Source: Convolutriloba macropyga
Lineage: Eukaryota
NCBI RefSeq assembly: GCF_964194025.1
Contig: NC_134472.1
Location: 62,496,001 to 62,560,000 of the forward strand
Direction: 5' to 3'
DNA: 64,000 nt
Both the position numbers and the translations under genes were made by a program. A model generated the notes under the pieces. It had not been told where the DNA came from and ran no database searches. It was given only the letters and a program-made list of their open reading frames with translations. This document shows positions 25,001 through 37,000 of this stretch, in pieces. Every line of letters starts with the position of its first letter. Positions within the stretch are counted from its first letter, which is position 1.

Positions 25001-28000
25001 ATGATTTTGAGACCTATTTGGTTTATTATTAACCCTTAAACCACTTTTGATAATTTTTAATTGATATCAATTAACAAAGGTTTAAACCACCTAAAATCAA
25101 GCACAAGTATCTTTTTTTCGCAATTTTTTTGCATTTTCATTGGGTTAACATAGGAAAACAAGCAAGAGATACACAGGTCGGTCAGAACTGCCGGTGACGA
25201 TTTGGGTAAACCCCGCGGCGTTATGAACTTTATGAACTTACTAAGACTTACATGACGCCTTAGACAAATTATTAGGGCGCCGAATATAGCCGTAATAGGT
25301 TTTCGTTGGTGCCGTATTTCAAAAGAAAACTCGCCGTTATCACATATTTAATGTCTCAAAAGTACATTTAAACTCATTGTTTTTTTTCATTTTGATACGT
25401 TTTGCAGAAACAAATCTTGAATGAAAGCCAGTTGCGAATCCGTTTGAAAATGACAAATCTTAGTACGCCGTCTTATAAGGTCGTACTAAGATTATCAAGA
25501 TTTCAACTGCATGTTTTTTCTCATATTTTTTCTGCTTCAAAAATCGTCTTTAGGCTTACAGTTGTAGCAAAATAGTCAAAATGTGTCAGACGATTCTCGC
25601 ATTTTTAAAATTTTTTAAAAATGTTTATAGCTTATTAATCGTGTTCTGGTGTTTTCAATCGGGTCTCAGAGTTGTCCAAACGTAACCTCAATAACGTAAG
25701 GTTTTTGTGTGGGTTACAAGTCAAATTTTCATGGTGCTGCTTGTTTAGAGGAAAAGCAAAAATAAGAACTTTGGGTTAAAAATAACTAGGTTGCGTGGAG
25801 TAAGTGCACCAAAGTTGTTTTATTAGAGAGAATTTTTGGAACCTAGTTTTTTAGCCTAGTGCTCAGATCACTTCTCAAATAGGTTTTTGCATTTCCGCCG
25901 TCCGTCGCCGGTCCGCTGCTCGTAAGAGGAATTCGGAGGGAAACCCACACAAATATACTGGAAAAAGTCTCCAAATTCGGTTTCACAACTCTGCAACTTT
26001 GCCGACAACTCTGCAACTTTGCTGCAATTTGCCGACAACTTTACATCCATCATTATATTTAAAATACCTTAATCTTAATACGGTCGTAGTGAGGCACCTT
26101 AGAAATCTTAGTACAACCGTAGTACGGCACCGTACAAACCTAACAAGGCCATAGTACGGTTTTTCTAAGATTTAGTCGTCGTAGTACGGCCTTACTAAGT
26201 TTTGTCTGGTCAAGCTGTGTAATATCAGTGCACTCATTTTGTTGGCGCTCTCAAGTCTCATTTTTTAAAAAAAAATATCTCGCAAAAAAAATGCAGGTTC
26301 AGACAATTGTAGCTTCATTACTTCTAATGAAGACTGTGCAAATGTTTGTTTTTGGCCACAAGTAGATAATCAATCAATCTCCTTCACATTTTTGCTCACT
26401 TGTTTAAAAAACAGCTTAGAAAAAGTAGACTTACGATTCCCCACCATAGACAGTCGGCGTATGTCTGGAATTGGGGTTCCGGATCACTACCTCTCTCCCT
26501 TCCACTTCCACCGGACGTGGTGGAATAGTTGCTGTGTGGTGAAGTGTGTGAGTTGGGATGAGATGAGTGTGCGCTGGTGGGAGTAGAGGGGGGTGTATTT
26601 TCCAAATTGTACATGAGGAGCGAGGCAAATATGAGACCCAGGAACCCAATGTAGAAAGTAGTCACCAGTTCCTGAAACAGCAACACACCCGTATTATGTT
26701 ACCCAGGTTAGGTCACAAACACAAGTTGTGAAAAGTTTCATAGACCTATCAAGAGAGATAAAGTTAAAATTGAAGAAGTTGATATTTTTGCTCTTTGCCT
26801 ATATATCTTAGCAGAAAAAAACGAGCTGAAGCAAGTAGTCTATATTGTGGCATTTGTTCTATTTTACCTATTGTGTTACGGGATTAAGTTGAATCTCATT
26901 ACACTTTTTACTGAATTGATGTTTAAAGAATGAACTTACAATAAAAATGAAGGTCCATATTTCATGGCACTTTGTTAATGGCTATGGAAATTTATCTCAG
27001 CTTTGTAACTGTCTAAAAAGCCAACTATGGGCCTTGATTTCAGTTATCCTAGTTTCCTACTGCAATCCATATGCCTGATAAAAATGGATTTGTACGACTA
27101 TCCAGATGTTTGTATGATGAACCCGAGAAATATTTTTGATGACCAACTCTGAAAAATAGGAAAAACTTAATTGTCCGTGAAGATATATGGTTTGTAAGTT
27201 GTAGAAAATTAAATAAAATTATAGAAACTTAATTGTGTAAAATTGTAGAAACAATTAAGTTTCTATAATTTTATTTAATTTTCTACAACTTACAAACCAT
27301 ATATCTTCACGGACAATTAAGTTTTTCCTATTTTTCAGAGTTGGTCATCAAAAATATTTCTCGGGTTCATCATACAAACATCTGGATAGTCGTACAAATC
27401 CATTTTTATCAGGCATATGGATTGCAGTAGGAAACTAGGATAACTGAAATCAAGGCCCATAGTTGGCTTTTTAGACAGTCAGTTACAACAATTTTTAGGG
27501 TTGGTCATCAAAAATTTTTAGGGTTGGTCATCAAAAATTTTTAGGGTTGGTCATCAAAAATTTTTAGGGATGGTCATCAAAAAATATTAGAACGATTTAA
27601 CCGTCGATTTCTTACGATCCAAAAGGATATTTTATGAAGAAGGGATAACCTGTCTGTGGAGGTATATGACACTTCCTAGCAGTCTCCAGGTGCCTCCCCT
27701 TCTATCCATGCGCACTATCCTCAGTATCTGCAGGAATCTCAGTCCCCTGAGGGAGGAAGTGGCGAATACCTTCTTGTTCTCTGTCCCTGTCACTATTATG
27801 GCCACACTGATCACACAGATCATTATGTCTGAACACAAATGCCAATTTAGATGTCACGTAACAGATTTGTCTCCATCCTCATTAGTTAGCAAATGGGTAA
27901 AATAGAACAAATTTTCAGAAATTAACTGGCTTAAGACTAATATTATGTTTTGGAACCATTTTCAAACCTTTGTTGGATAAATTAGAGTTTTGAAAAAGAA

Positions 28001-31000
28001 AAAGCGAATTCGACAAGTCAAAGACAAGTCTTAATAGACACATTTCACACGAATAAAAAACAACAACACGGCATGGAAAAAACCGAAAACTTTTGCAACT
28101 ATTTCTCAAACTAAACCATTATTATGCCATATCTGAAAATTAATCTGCAATTAGCTGAGATTCTGACATCAACTTAAGCGCGGTTAAATCGAGAACAGCA
28201 TAGCTGTTCAAAATTTTAACCAATTTTTAGAGTTACTTCTGAAGACTCACGTAAAACGTGATGTCAAAGTCTCTACCACAGGTCAAAAGAATTCAACAAC
28301 TTGAATTTGAAACTCAAATTGGAAAAGAAAATCTAAAAAATTTGGCTCATTTTTATAGTACTTATCTGTGGGGAAAAATAAAAAATAATTCACTTGATTG
28401 GTATGTGAATCAATTTCGGTTCCAGATCCCGGATGTGATTTTCTAAATTTGTTATTTTTCATGAGAAATATGCATGGCCATAGTACAATTGAGTTCAGCC
28501 CTTTAAAGGCAAAAAAAATTTAACTTTTGATATCAGATTGATTGATCAATAGAAAAATGATAGTGCCAGAAACAAAATTACATATAGAATAAATTTTTGT
28601 GCCCCGTACTTATCGACCCAGCCTTAGAGCTAATCAGGCGAGTTATTATTTCGCTTTGTGACACTTCAAAAAACAGAAAACTTCCTTGTTTTTCTATAAT
28701 ATCACAAACTATCACATAGTTGCTTCAATCTTCATCACTGGTGGTTCAGTTTTTCTTATTTCTTTTTTGTAGTCGTCCCGCAATATGATAGTCGTTCACT
28801 ATATAAAATGCCCAGTCACTTCCAGGCGTCAAAAGTTACCGGAACAGTCGCTGTCTTTTCATCTGTCTTCAACAAAATGAGTTAACACAAATGGAAAAAG
28901 TCGGTAGTTTCACTCTGCGTCCTTGTAGTAATTCGACAGCCAGGAGGTTCCCCTCTCGTTTTTAAAGTGTTGCGAAATGTCGTCAGTGCCCTCTGCAAGA
29001 AGGCTCCAGAGAAAACGTTAATGTTAGGACTCCACGCATGAGGTACCTTCTTGTCTGTGTGAATTTTTCACTCAGCTATTCCATTAGCTCTTCGATGATA
29101 CACTGGTGATTTCGTTTTTCTAATTCCCGTACAAGACACCACTGTTATAGATCACTAATTATAAAAGATCATAAAAACACCACTGTTATAGATCACTAAA
29201 GCAACTAATAATAAACTCGTAACTGTTGTCAGATAATAAGTTCTGAGGTTTCCAAAATCTTGCACGGATTTTACTACGATATAGTTTGACGGTTTCAGAT
29301 GTCATGTTTTCAGCGGGATGGCATTTATCCAGCCTGAGCGCGAGTCAACAATTACTAAGACAAAACATTGGTCGTTAATGAAACCTCACTCTATTTGGAG
29401 AGGTCCTCCATCATTAAATTGTGGCCATGTGAAGACTGTTTTTTGTCAGACTACACCTCGGCATCTGGCAGTTCTTACATGTAATTACAGAATCGTGAAC
29501 CTCATGGATGATGGGATTCTCATATAATTTGTTTCTTTTTGTCGAACAGTAAAATTTCAAGAAATTTTATGTTGGTTAGTTGTAAGAAATTTTTGATCTC
29601 ATAAATCAACCATCCCGTTTCGACCCGGGTATGTTTAGAAACATCTATTATTAAACTTTCGAGACACAGAAATTACGTGCCAAACGAAAGTGGGAAAAGC
29701 GGTTTATAAAGCGCAGCATTAATGCAGCAGTTGTCATGTGGTATCATTTTGTGATGATGCTGATGATTTAATGTAGATTCAGTGTTCTGACTAAAATTGT
29801 TCACAGTCTGACCTAGGAATGTGAATGGTTGTTTTATGAATCTGAGTCTGCCCAGAAGTGTCTGGAACCTGCTTCTGCATCCAGCACTCCACACTCTCAA
29901 TACCAAATCCACACTGAAGATCACTATCAACACTATCTCCTATAGACAAACAACAAGTGAGATTTATTTTATTACATTATAACTGATTATATATTACATT
30001 CAAAGATTAATTATATTAAAATGAAATTGGCGTTGCCCTAGTCTAAGCCTGGACTTATGAAAACACTCAAACAGTTGAGCAAAAAGCTAGCATAATTTTT
30101 TTGGGTCGAGCAAAATACCATGTGGTTAGTAATGTCAAAGGGAGGGGGATATAATGTGCAAGACCCAACTGAATAGGGGTTTTAATAGGGTATAGGTTGC
30201 ATAAAATTGATCATCGTTTCGATAAATCGAAAGATGCAAATTGAAAAAAAGTATTGTTAAGATTTTAAAAAATAAAGTTTCAGGGTTTTATTCTTCTTAA
30301 AGAATCGATTGCACCTAAGCCCAGTTGAGAGCAAAGACGTGGATTTTAGTAACAAAATGTGGAATTTAATTACACCCACTGTGGAGTTCAGGTACCGTAG
30401 TTACCGGATTTGTTAATCAAATTCAGTTTTTGATAAGAACGTATTTCAGCAAAAATTGGGAAATTAATTTTTGAGGGATTTCGGTCTGCAAAGGATGTAG
30501 CCTGAATTCCGCCCTTGAACGTAACCAAATTCCGCGAGTGCAAAGTCAACCAATATCATTTTAGGTCTGCCTTAATGTTTTAATGCTAAATTAATTTAAC
30601 TGAAAGTAATTTGGAGTTTCCGCGCTCTTGTCCCAGGTGGAAGAGTCTTTCTTCAATTAAATTAGCGCTGTTTTGTTCACGTGAGTAAGCAAATTGTTTT
30701 AATATATGAGGAGAAAACAAGATTGTTTTATTTCTAAAAATACCCAGCTCAACTCATTAAACTGGGCTTTAGACGTGAACTTTTCTGCCGCAGAAATTTG
30801 CAGCAGCAAAGCAAAAACAGGCCAAGATGAAAAGCAATATACGAAACAAAGTTTTTAGAAGTCTGATAAATCCGTTTGCACAATAAAATAATGTTTTGAC
30901 AGTTCTCAATAAACTGCGGAAACAAAGGGCATCTGATGAGAAATGTCATCGGACGTCCAGTTCGAGCTATTAACTCTATGCTAAAAAGAGAAGTTCGGAA

Positions 31001-34000
31001 GATTCAATGCAGATAATATATATAAACTCCGAAACGTACAAATCAACAACGTATAAGCATTCAGCGTTCAATTCGACAACGTATTAGTATTATAACGTAC
31101 ATAGCAACAAGTGAGAGTTTAGACGGCAAGGTTTTTGATGCTCTTTTACTGGTTTTTTGTCTGATGTTTTTTGACGTCAGAATCGGTTCATAGTCGATCA
31201 ACAATCGTCTAAAGAACCTAAAAATATTAAGCCGAAAACCGCCTTATTCGATACATATCATTGTATTATTTACTTAAAATTAGGTTATACGAACTTTTCC
31301 GGAACCTTTTGTGTATATTAGACGCAATTCTATACGTAATTTAAATACTCGATTCTGATTGGCTAAGAAAAATGACGCATTTTGTTATATTTCTCGCTTA
31401 GATTTATTTAGTTACTAACATCCTCCGGCCCAGAAGAAGATGCTGGGAGAATGGGTACTAATTTTACAAGCGGGCGAACGAGCGATCCGGTAGACGTGCG
31501 CAGGACGGCGGAGCGCGCGACGCTGTCGGAACCGTAACGGAGTTCAGTAATCCGAGCAGTGGGGTAGTAACCCCTTGGGTTGGTCTCTTCAACTACCCAT
31601 ACCAAATCACCGGTCTTTAGGTCAAGCTCGGCAGGCGTCTGCCACTTGGAACGTCGGTTCAGCGCTGGTACGTACTCTCTGATCCAACGAGACCATATAG
31701 CGTTAGCGTAAGACTGCGCGCGGGCGTAACGCTTACGATGATCAAACTCATCTACACCAATGATGGAAGGAAGACTACGTGCTTGGTTACCGAGGAGAAA
31801 GTGATTAGGTGTTAATGCGCCTAGGTCGGACGGGTCGGCACTTACGGGCGTTAGCGGACGTGAATTAAGTGCATGTTTGACCAGACAAAAAGTGGTACTT
31901 AAAATCTCATCTGTGAGGCGACGCGTTCCAAGGATTGTGTAAAGTACGCGCTTGAAACTACATACTAGCCTCTCCCAGATGCCACCTTGGTGTGGCGCAC
32001 TGGGCGGATTGAACCTCCACTTAATGCCTTTGTGGGCAAGTTCGACGGCGATGTTGATGGTATTCCACTTCTCGATATTCTCGCGTAGTTCTTTTTCCGC
32101 GCCAACAAAGTTAGTGCCATTGTCTGACCAATTGATGGCAGGTGTACCTCGACGGGAGACAAAACGCTCCACTCCCATTACACACGAACTGGCGTCCATG
32201 GAAGGAACAATTTCGACATGAACGGCACGAGTAGTTAAGCATGTGAAGAGGAAACCCCACCTCTTCTCGGTAGTCCTACGTACAGTAACATAAAACGGGC
32301 CGAAGTAGTCGACCCCGGTGTTCGTGAAGGGAGGAGACTGGTATGCGAATCTTTCTACTGGGAGGTCAGCCATAATGGGTTGAATAGTGGCAGCGCGGAA
32401 CATTCTGCACGTGACGCAATTGGATTTAATTGAACGCAGTGAGGATCGTAACTTAAGGATGGTATAACGTTCTTGCATTTTAGCCCTCAGGTAGTCAATA
32501 CCTTGATGATGATGTTTAACGTGGGTGTGCCTGAGGAACAACTTTACAAATGCATGGCGTGCGTCAAGAACGATAGGATGTTTTACATCAAAGTCAACTT
32601 CGACCAACCGTTTGATGCGGCCGGCCGATCGGATTAGACGATTTGGCCCAATAAAAGGAGATAACGGAGCAATGCGGCTACTCCGTTTAACGGGTTTGTT
32701 TTTGAGGAGAATTTTTCTCTCTGCATTGAATGACCCCCCTTGCACAAGATACTGGAGATGACGCTCGGCTTCGTCAAGCTCCGTGGGGTCTATGATGCTA
32801 CCATCGGCATTACGGTAACATTCGTGAGAAGATAACAAGCGGAGTGCGTACGCTGTTATCCGTAGCAACTTCTGATAAGAACTGTACTTATCAAGGGGAT
32901 TAGTTGCGGGGGTGGTTCCTTAGTTGACTTGGTTACAGATGCGGCCAATGATGTATTGGTTTCCTCAGTTTCCTTAGTTACTATACCAAGTTTGATATTT
33001 TTAACTACTTCGATTTTTGGTTCGAACGGGAATTCATTGGTTCTTAAGAAATCTGGACACCTCACCCAGCTACTTGATTCCAAACCCTCAGCGGACATAC
33101 CACGAGTACCGGCATCTGCTGGATTATCGCTTGAGGCAACGTGGTTCCATTCGTCAACGCTAGTGTGTTCTAAAATCTCGCATACGCGGTTTGCAACAAA
33201 TATTGGCTGCTTGTTTGTGGAGTTGAGCCACTGCAAGACAGTAGTGCTGTCAGTCCACATATAAACTTTGTTGACATGCACAGTAAGGGCTCGACAGATA
33301 TCTTGTTTCAACCGAGCGGCCAGTAAAGCAGCATGCAGCTCTAGCTTTGGAATTGTCATCACCTTCATAGGTGCTACGCGAGCTTTACCCAGGACAAATG
33401 CAAGCTCTGTTTTTGGCCCACTAGACGTGTTTGCCTGAGCTCGGAGAAATGCAACAGCGCTGAAGTCCTCTTGGGAACTATCGCCAAATATGTGTAGTTC
33501 CAGGTGTTTAAAGTTTCCCGAAAAGTAGCTCCTCGGTTTAGTGATTTTTGCAAGCTTGGGTAGTTCTACACTCCATTCGAGGAAACTTTCAACAGTGTCT
33601 TTTGGTAATTCTTCATCCCAGTGCTGCCTGCTGACACGCCAGATGTCCTTTAGTAACAATCGGGCACCAACAGTAAATGGTGCCACTAGGCCGATGGGAT
33701 CAAACACCTTAGACACTAGGCTCAATACCAAGCGTTGTGTTAAAGACTTAGGTACTGTACCCAAGGTACCCCGACTCACAACTAGAGTATCATTGTTGTG
33801 ATCCCATTTCAACCCAAGCACGTGCGAAGAATCCTCCTTAGATGAGGCAATTAATTTTGGTTCGGTAGACTGAGTTGACCCATCAATTCGATCAGCCAGA
33901 TTTGGTACGTTGCTTACAAACTTAGTAAGCTTGAACCCACCTAGATGGAGAAGATGTACCAACTCCTTCGGTCTTTTGAGAGCCCTCTCAGGTGACTCCA

Positions 34001-37000
34001 CCGAATCCAAGTAATCGTCCATGTAGAAGTTTTCTAGGACGGCTTTGGTTGCTTCCGGGTACTGATTAACATTGTCTCGGGCCGTGCGTTGCAGTGCATA
34101 GTTAGCGCATGTGGGCGAGTCTTTAGCCCCGAATATATGGCGCGTGTATTGATACACTACAACATTTGTTGTGGGGTCCTCCAGCCACAAAAAACGCAGT
34201 GATGGCTGGTCCCAATCAGGGACACCCACTTGGAGGAACATACCCTCGATATCTGCGGACACGGCAAATTGATGTTGACGGAACCTAAGTAGTACATGGA
34301 TTAGGTTTTGGAGCAGGTCGGGGCCAGTGAGCAAAGATTTATTCAAAGAAGTACCGTGAAATTTTGCTGCACCGTTTATAACCCTACGCACTTTCCCCGG
34401 TTTGTTCGGGTTGATTACGGGATGATGTGGTAGGTACCACTCTTTATCTGACCACTGCTCGACCTTGTGAGCATCAGGGACTGTAATCAAGTAACCTTTT
34501 TCCAAGTCTTCACGGATGGTATTAGCATAATTTTCTTTCAATGATGTAGCCCTCGAGAGCCGCTCTTCGAGAGATTTGAGCTGTACCAGTGATGAAAAGT
34601 AGTTATTCGGGAGCTGGACGTTGTCATCAGCCCATAACATACCGACATCGTATCTTTGGCCGTCATGGAAAGTTGTTGTTTCTAGTATTTCCTGCGCGCG
34701 AGCATCCGCTGCGGATCGTGGGTCAACTTGCTTGAACGCGCCGTACGATTCCATATCATGCCAAGATTTAACCTGACAAGCTAATTCAAAATCCTGTTCA
34801 ATATTGGTTTTGAAACACGTCGACACTAAACTTGAACTTGACGGGAGTGGGCCACTTAAAACCCAACCTATGGGTAAGCGGACAGCGAACGGTGGGCACT
34901 TTTCGTCGGCTGAAAAATACTCTAACGGGCGGATGGCATGGTAGACATCCTGTCCAAGTATCATCTTAATTTCTCCATAGCTATATCTTACTGGATCTAG
35001 AACTGCCAAATGTGGGTAAGTTTCTTGCATGGACTTGACGTCAATGATGCCGGAACCTACGTTTAATGTTTCCCTCACGTAGGGACGCACAGTGAATGCT
35101 ACGAAGTCTTGGTCTTTATGAGGTGTCACAGTCAATTGAACCACCTTTGTGTCTATGAGTTCTTCCGTGTTTATACCCTTGACGGTCAGTTTTAATGCAG
35201 TACCCTGCAAACCGAGTCTAGCTGCGAGACTATCGGACACCCAAGAGTTACTGCAAGCGGTATCGCATAAAACCAACGCCGTAGTACTAGTGCCAGAAGA
35301 ATAAGAAAGCTTCAGTTCCGTGACCTGAAGGAGGCCTTTAACATCCGTCACGGATGACAAAGTGGTTGTTTTGCTTGGTTGCTGTTGACCCGTAGATGGC
35401 CTACTTGTACCTGCGTTCGACTTCGAAGTATCGATGTTCTTGTTTGTTGAGGGCTAAGCTGGAAAAACCCTTTCAGCTCCATGAAGTAAGGTGTTATGGG
35501 AGCTGTTGCAACCATCTTTCCTACATTTACGGGGACCTGGGCATTGCCTAAACATGTGTTTATCACGCAAACAAGAGAAACAGAGCTTTGCATCAGCCAC
35601 GACCTTGGCTCTCTGCGTGGGGGTCTTTTCCTTAAAGACACGGCATTCCCACAACCGGTGGCTGCCTTTGCATACAATGCAACTAGAGATTGATGTTGAC
35701 GGAGATCTCTGTTGCGGCTTAGGGTTACTCTTCTGTTGCGTATTTGCAGCAAATGCCTTTGAAGCAACTTTTGATCTTGTTACTGAGTTGTTGGTATCCT
35801 CAGTCCTTGCTTTAGTTGCGGTATTCTTCATTAAATCGTGCGCTTCGGCCTTCTCTTTTAACCAATCGTTGAAATCAAGAAGAGTAGGTTTCACCCAATG
35901 CTTTTTGACCGTGAAGAGTGACCATGACTCCTTCATATTGGGTGGTAGCTTCTGTACGGCAGTGTTGAGAAGCGCAGCACTCTTTAAATCCGAATCATAT
36001 GACACCGATTTAAATACCCCGACAAGACTTGAAATGCACCCCGAGTAGTTAATGATGTTATCGCTATTGTGCATCTTCAGTGGTGGAAAGCTGTTGAGTT
36101 TGTCCAAATGTGCACTTACAACCGCCTGTGGTTGGCCAAATTTACGTTCTAAGGTCCTCAGTGCGTTTTTTGACATTGCGCCGCAGTAGGCGAACTCAGC
36201 TATAGCTGTTTTAGCTTTACCTGTTACGAGGTTCTTAAGGTATGTCAATTTTACATCATCAGTTAAGGACTGAGAGTCAATTGCGCTTTTAAACTGACCA
36301 TACCATTCGTGCCACTGTAGAGGATACCCACTGTATTGTGACAATTTCCATTCGGGTAGTGGGTCATTCCTCTTGCTAGATAAGGCGTCAGTGAATGCCT
36401 TAATCAAGCTTGCATTTTCAGATGGTGGCGTTGGAGCGTGGGATGCGGTGGGCCACTCCAACACAATGGTATCGGAGCAGTATGCCCGTATGTTGGATGT
36501 ATAACCGGCGTGACGAAAGGTGGCGCGATGTTAGTAGTTGTACTAAAGGGGTTAACAGGGATGCTACAGTTAGCTGCGTAGTTGCTATTTGGATTATGTT
36601 GTGCACTCATTTGCAAGGTGGCATGGCTGATAGCAGGGTTAGCTGTGCTTGGGGGTAGGTACGGTTGAACATTTTTGAAGATGGTAGCATTATTTGTCGC
36701 CTGGTTTACATTTGGGGGCTTATCCTGAGGAAAACTCCACAAGTTTAGATCAAGGTTACAGTTCAGGGGAGATTTTTGTGCTGTAGGACACGGTACCAGG
36801 CGGGTTTGAGGCGATTGGACAAAGTTTTGCTGTTGAATGTTTGGGACTGGTAGGTATGTTGCTGTGCTCGCTGGGATGGGCAACGGAATCACGGGAGGCT
36901 GAGGATTAAATAATTGTTGAGGCGGGATTACGGGAGTTGGGTTCAAGAGTGGGTTTAGAGGTGGAGGGACCTTATGCGGGGAATGGGCAATAGGGATTTG

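Noticed and set aside
27491-27582. Interstitial telomere
   Set aside because: Only one TTAGGG per 23-bp unit, and the unit resembles adjacent palindrome sequence.
31952-36658. Plus-strand ORFs inside the BEL element, and similar ones opposite KCNQ exons (4003, 6287, 8493, 26392, 27666, 42301)
   Set aside because: Antisense shadows of real coding sequence.
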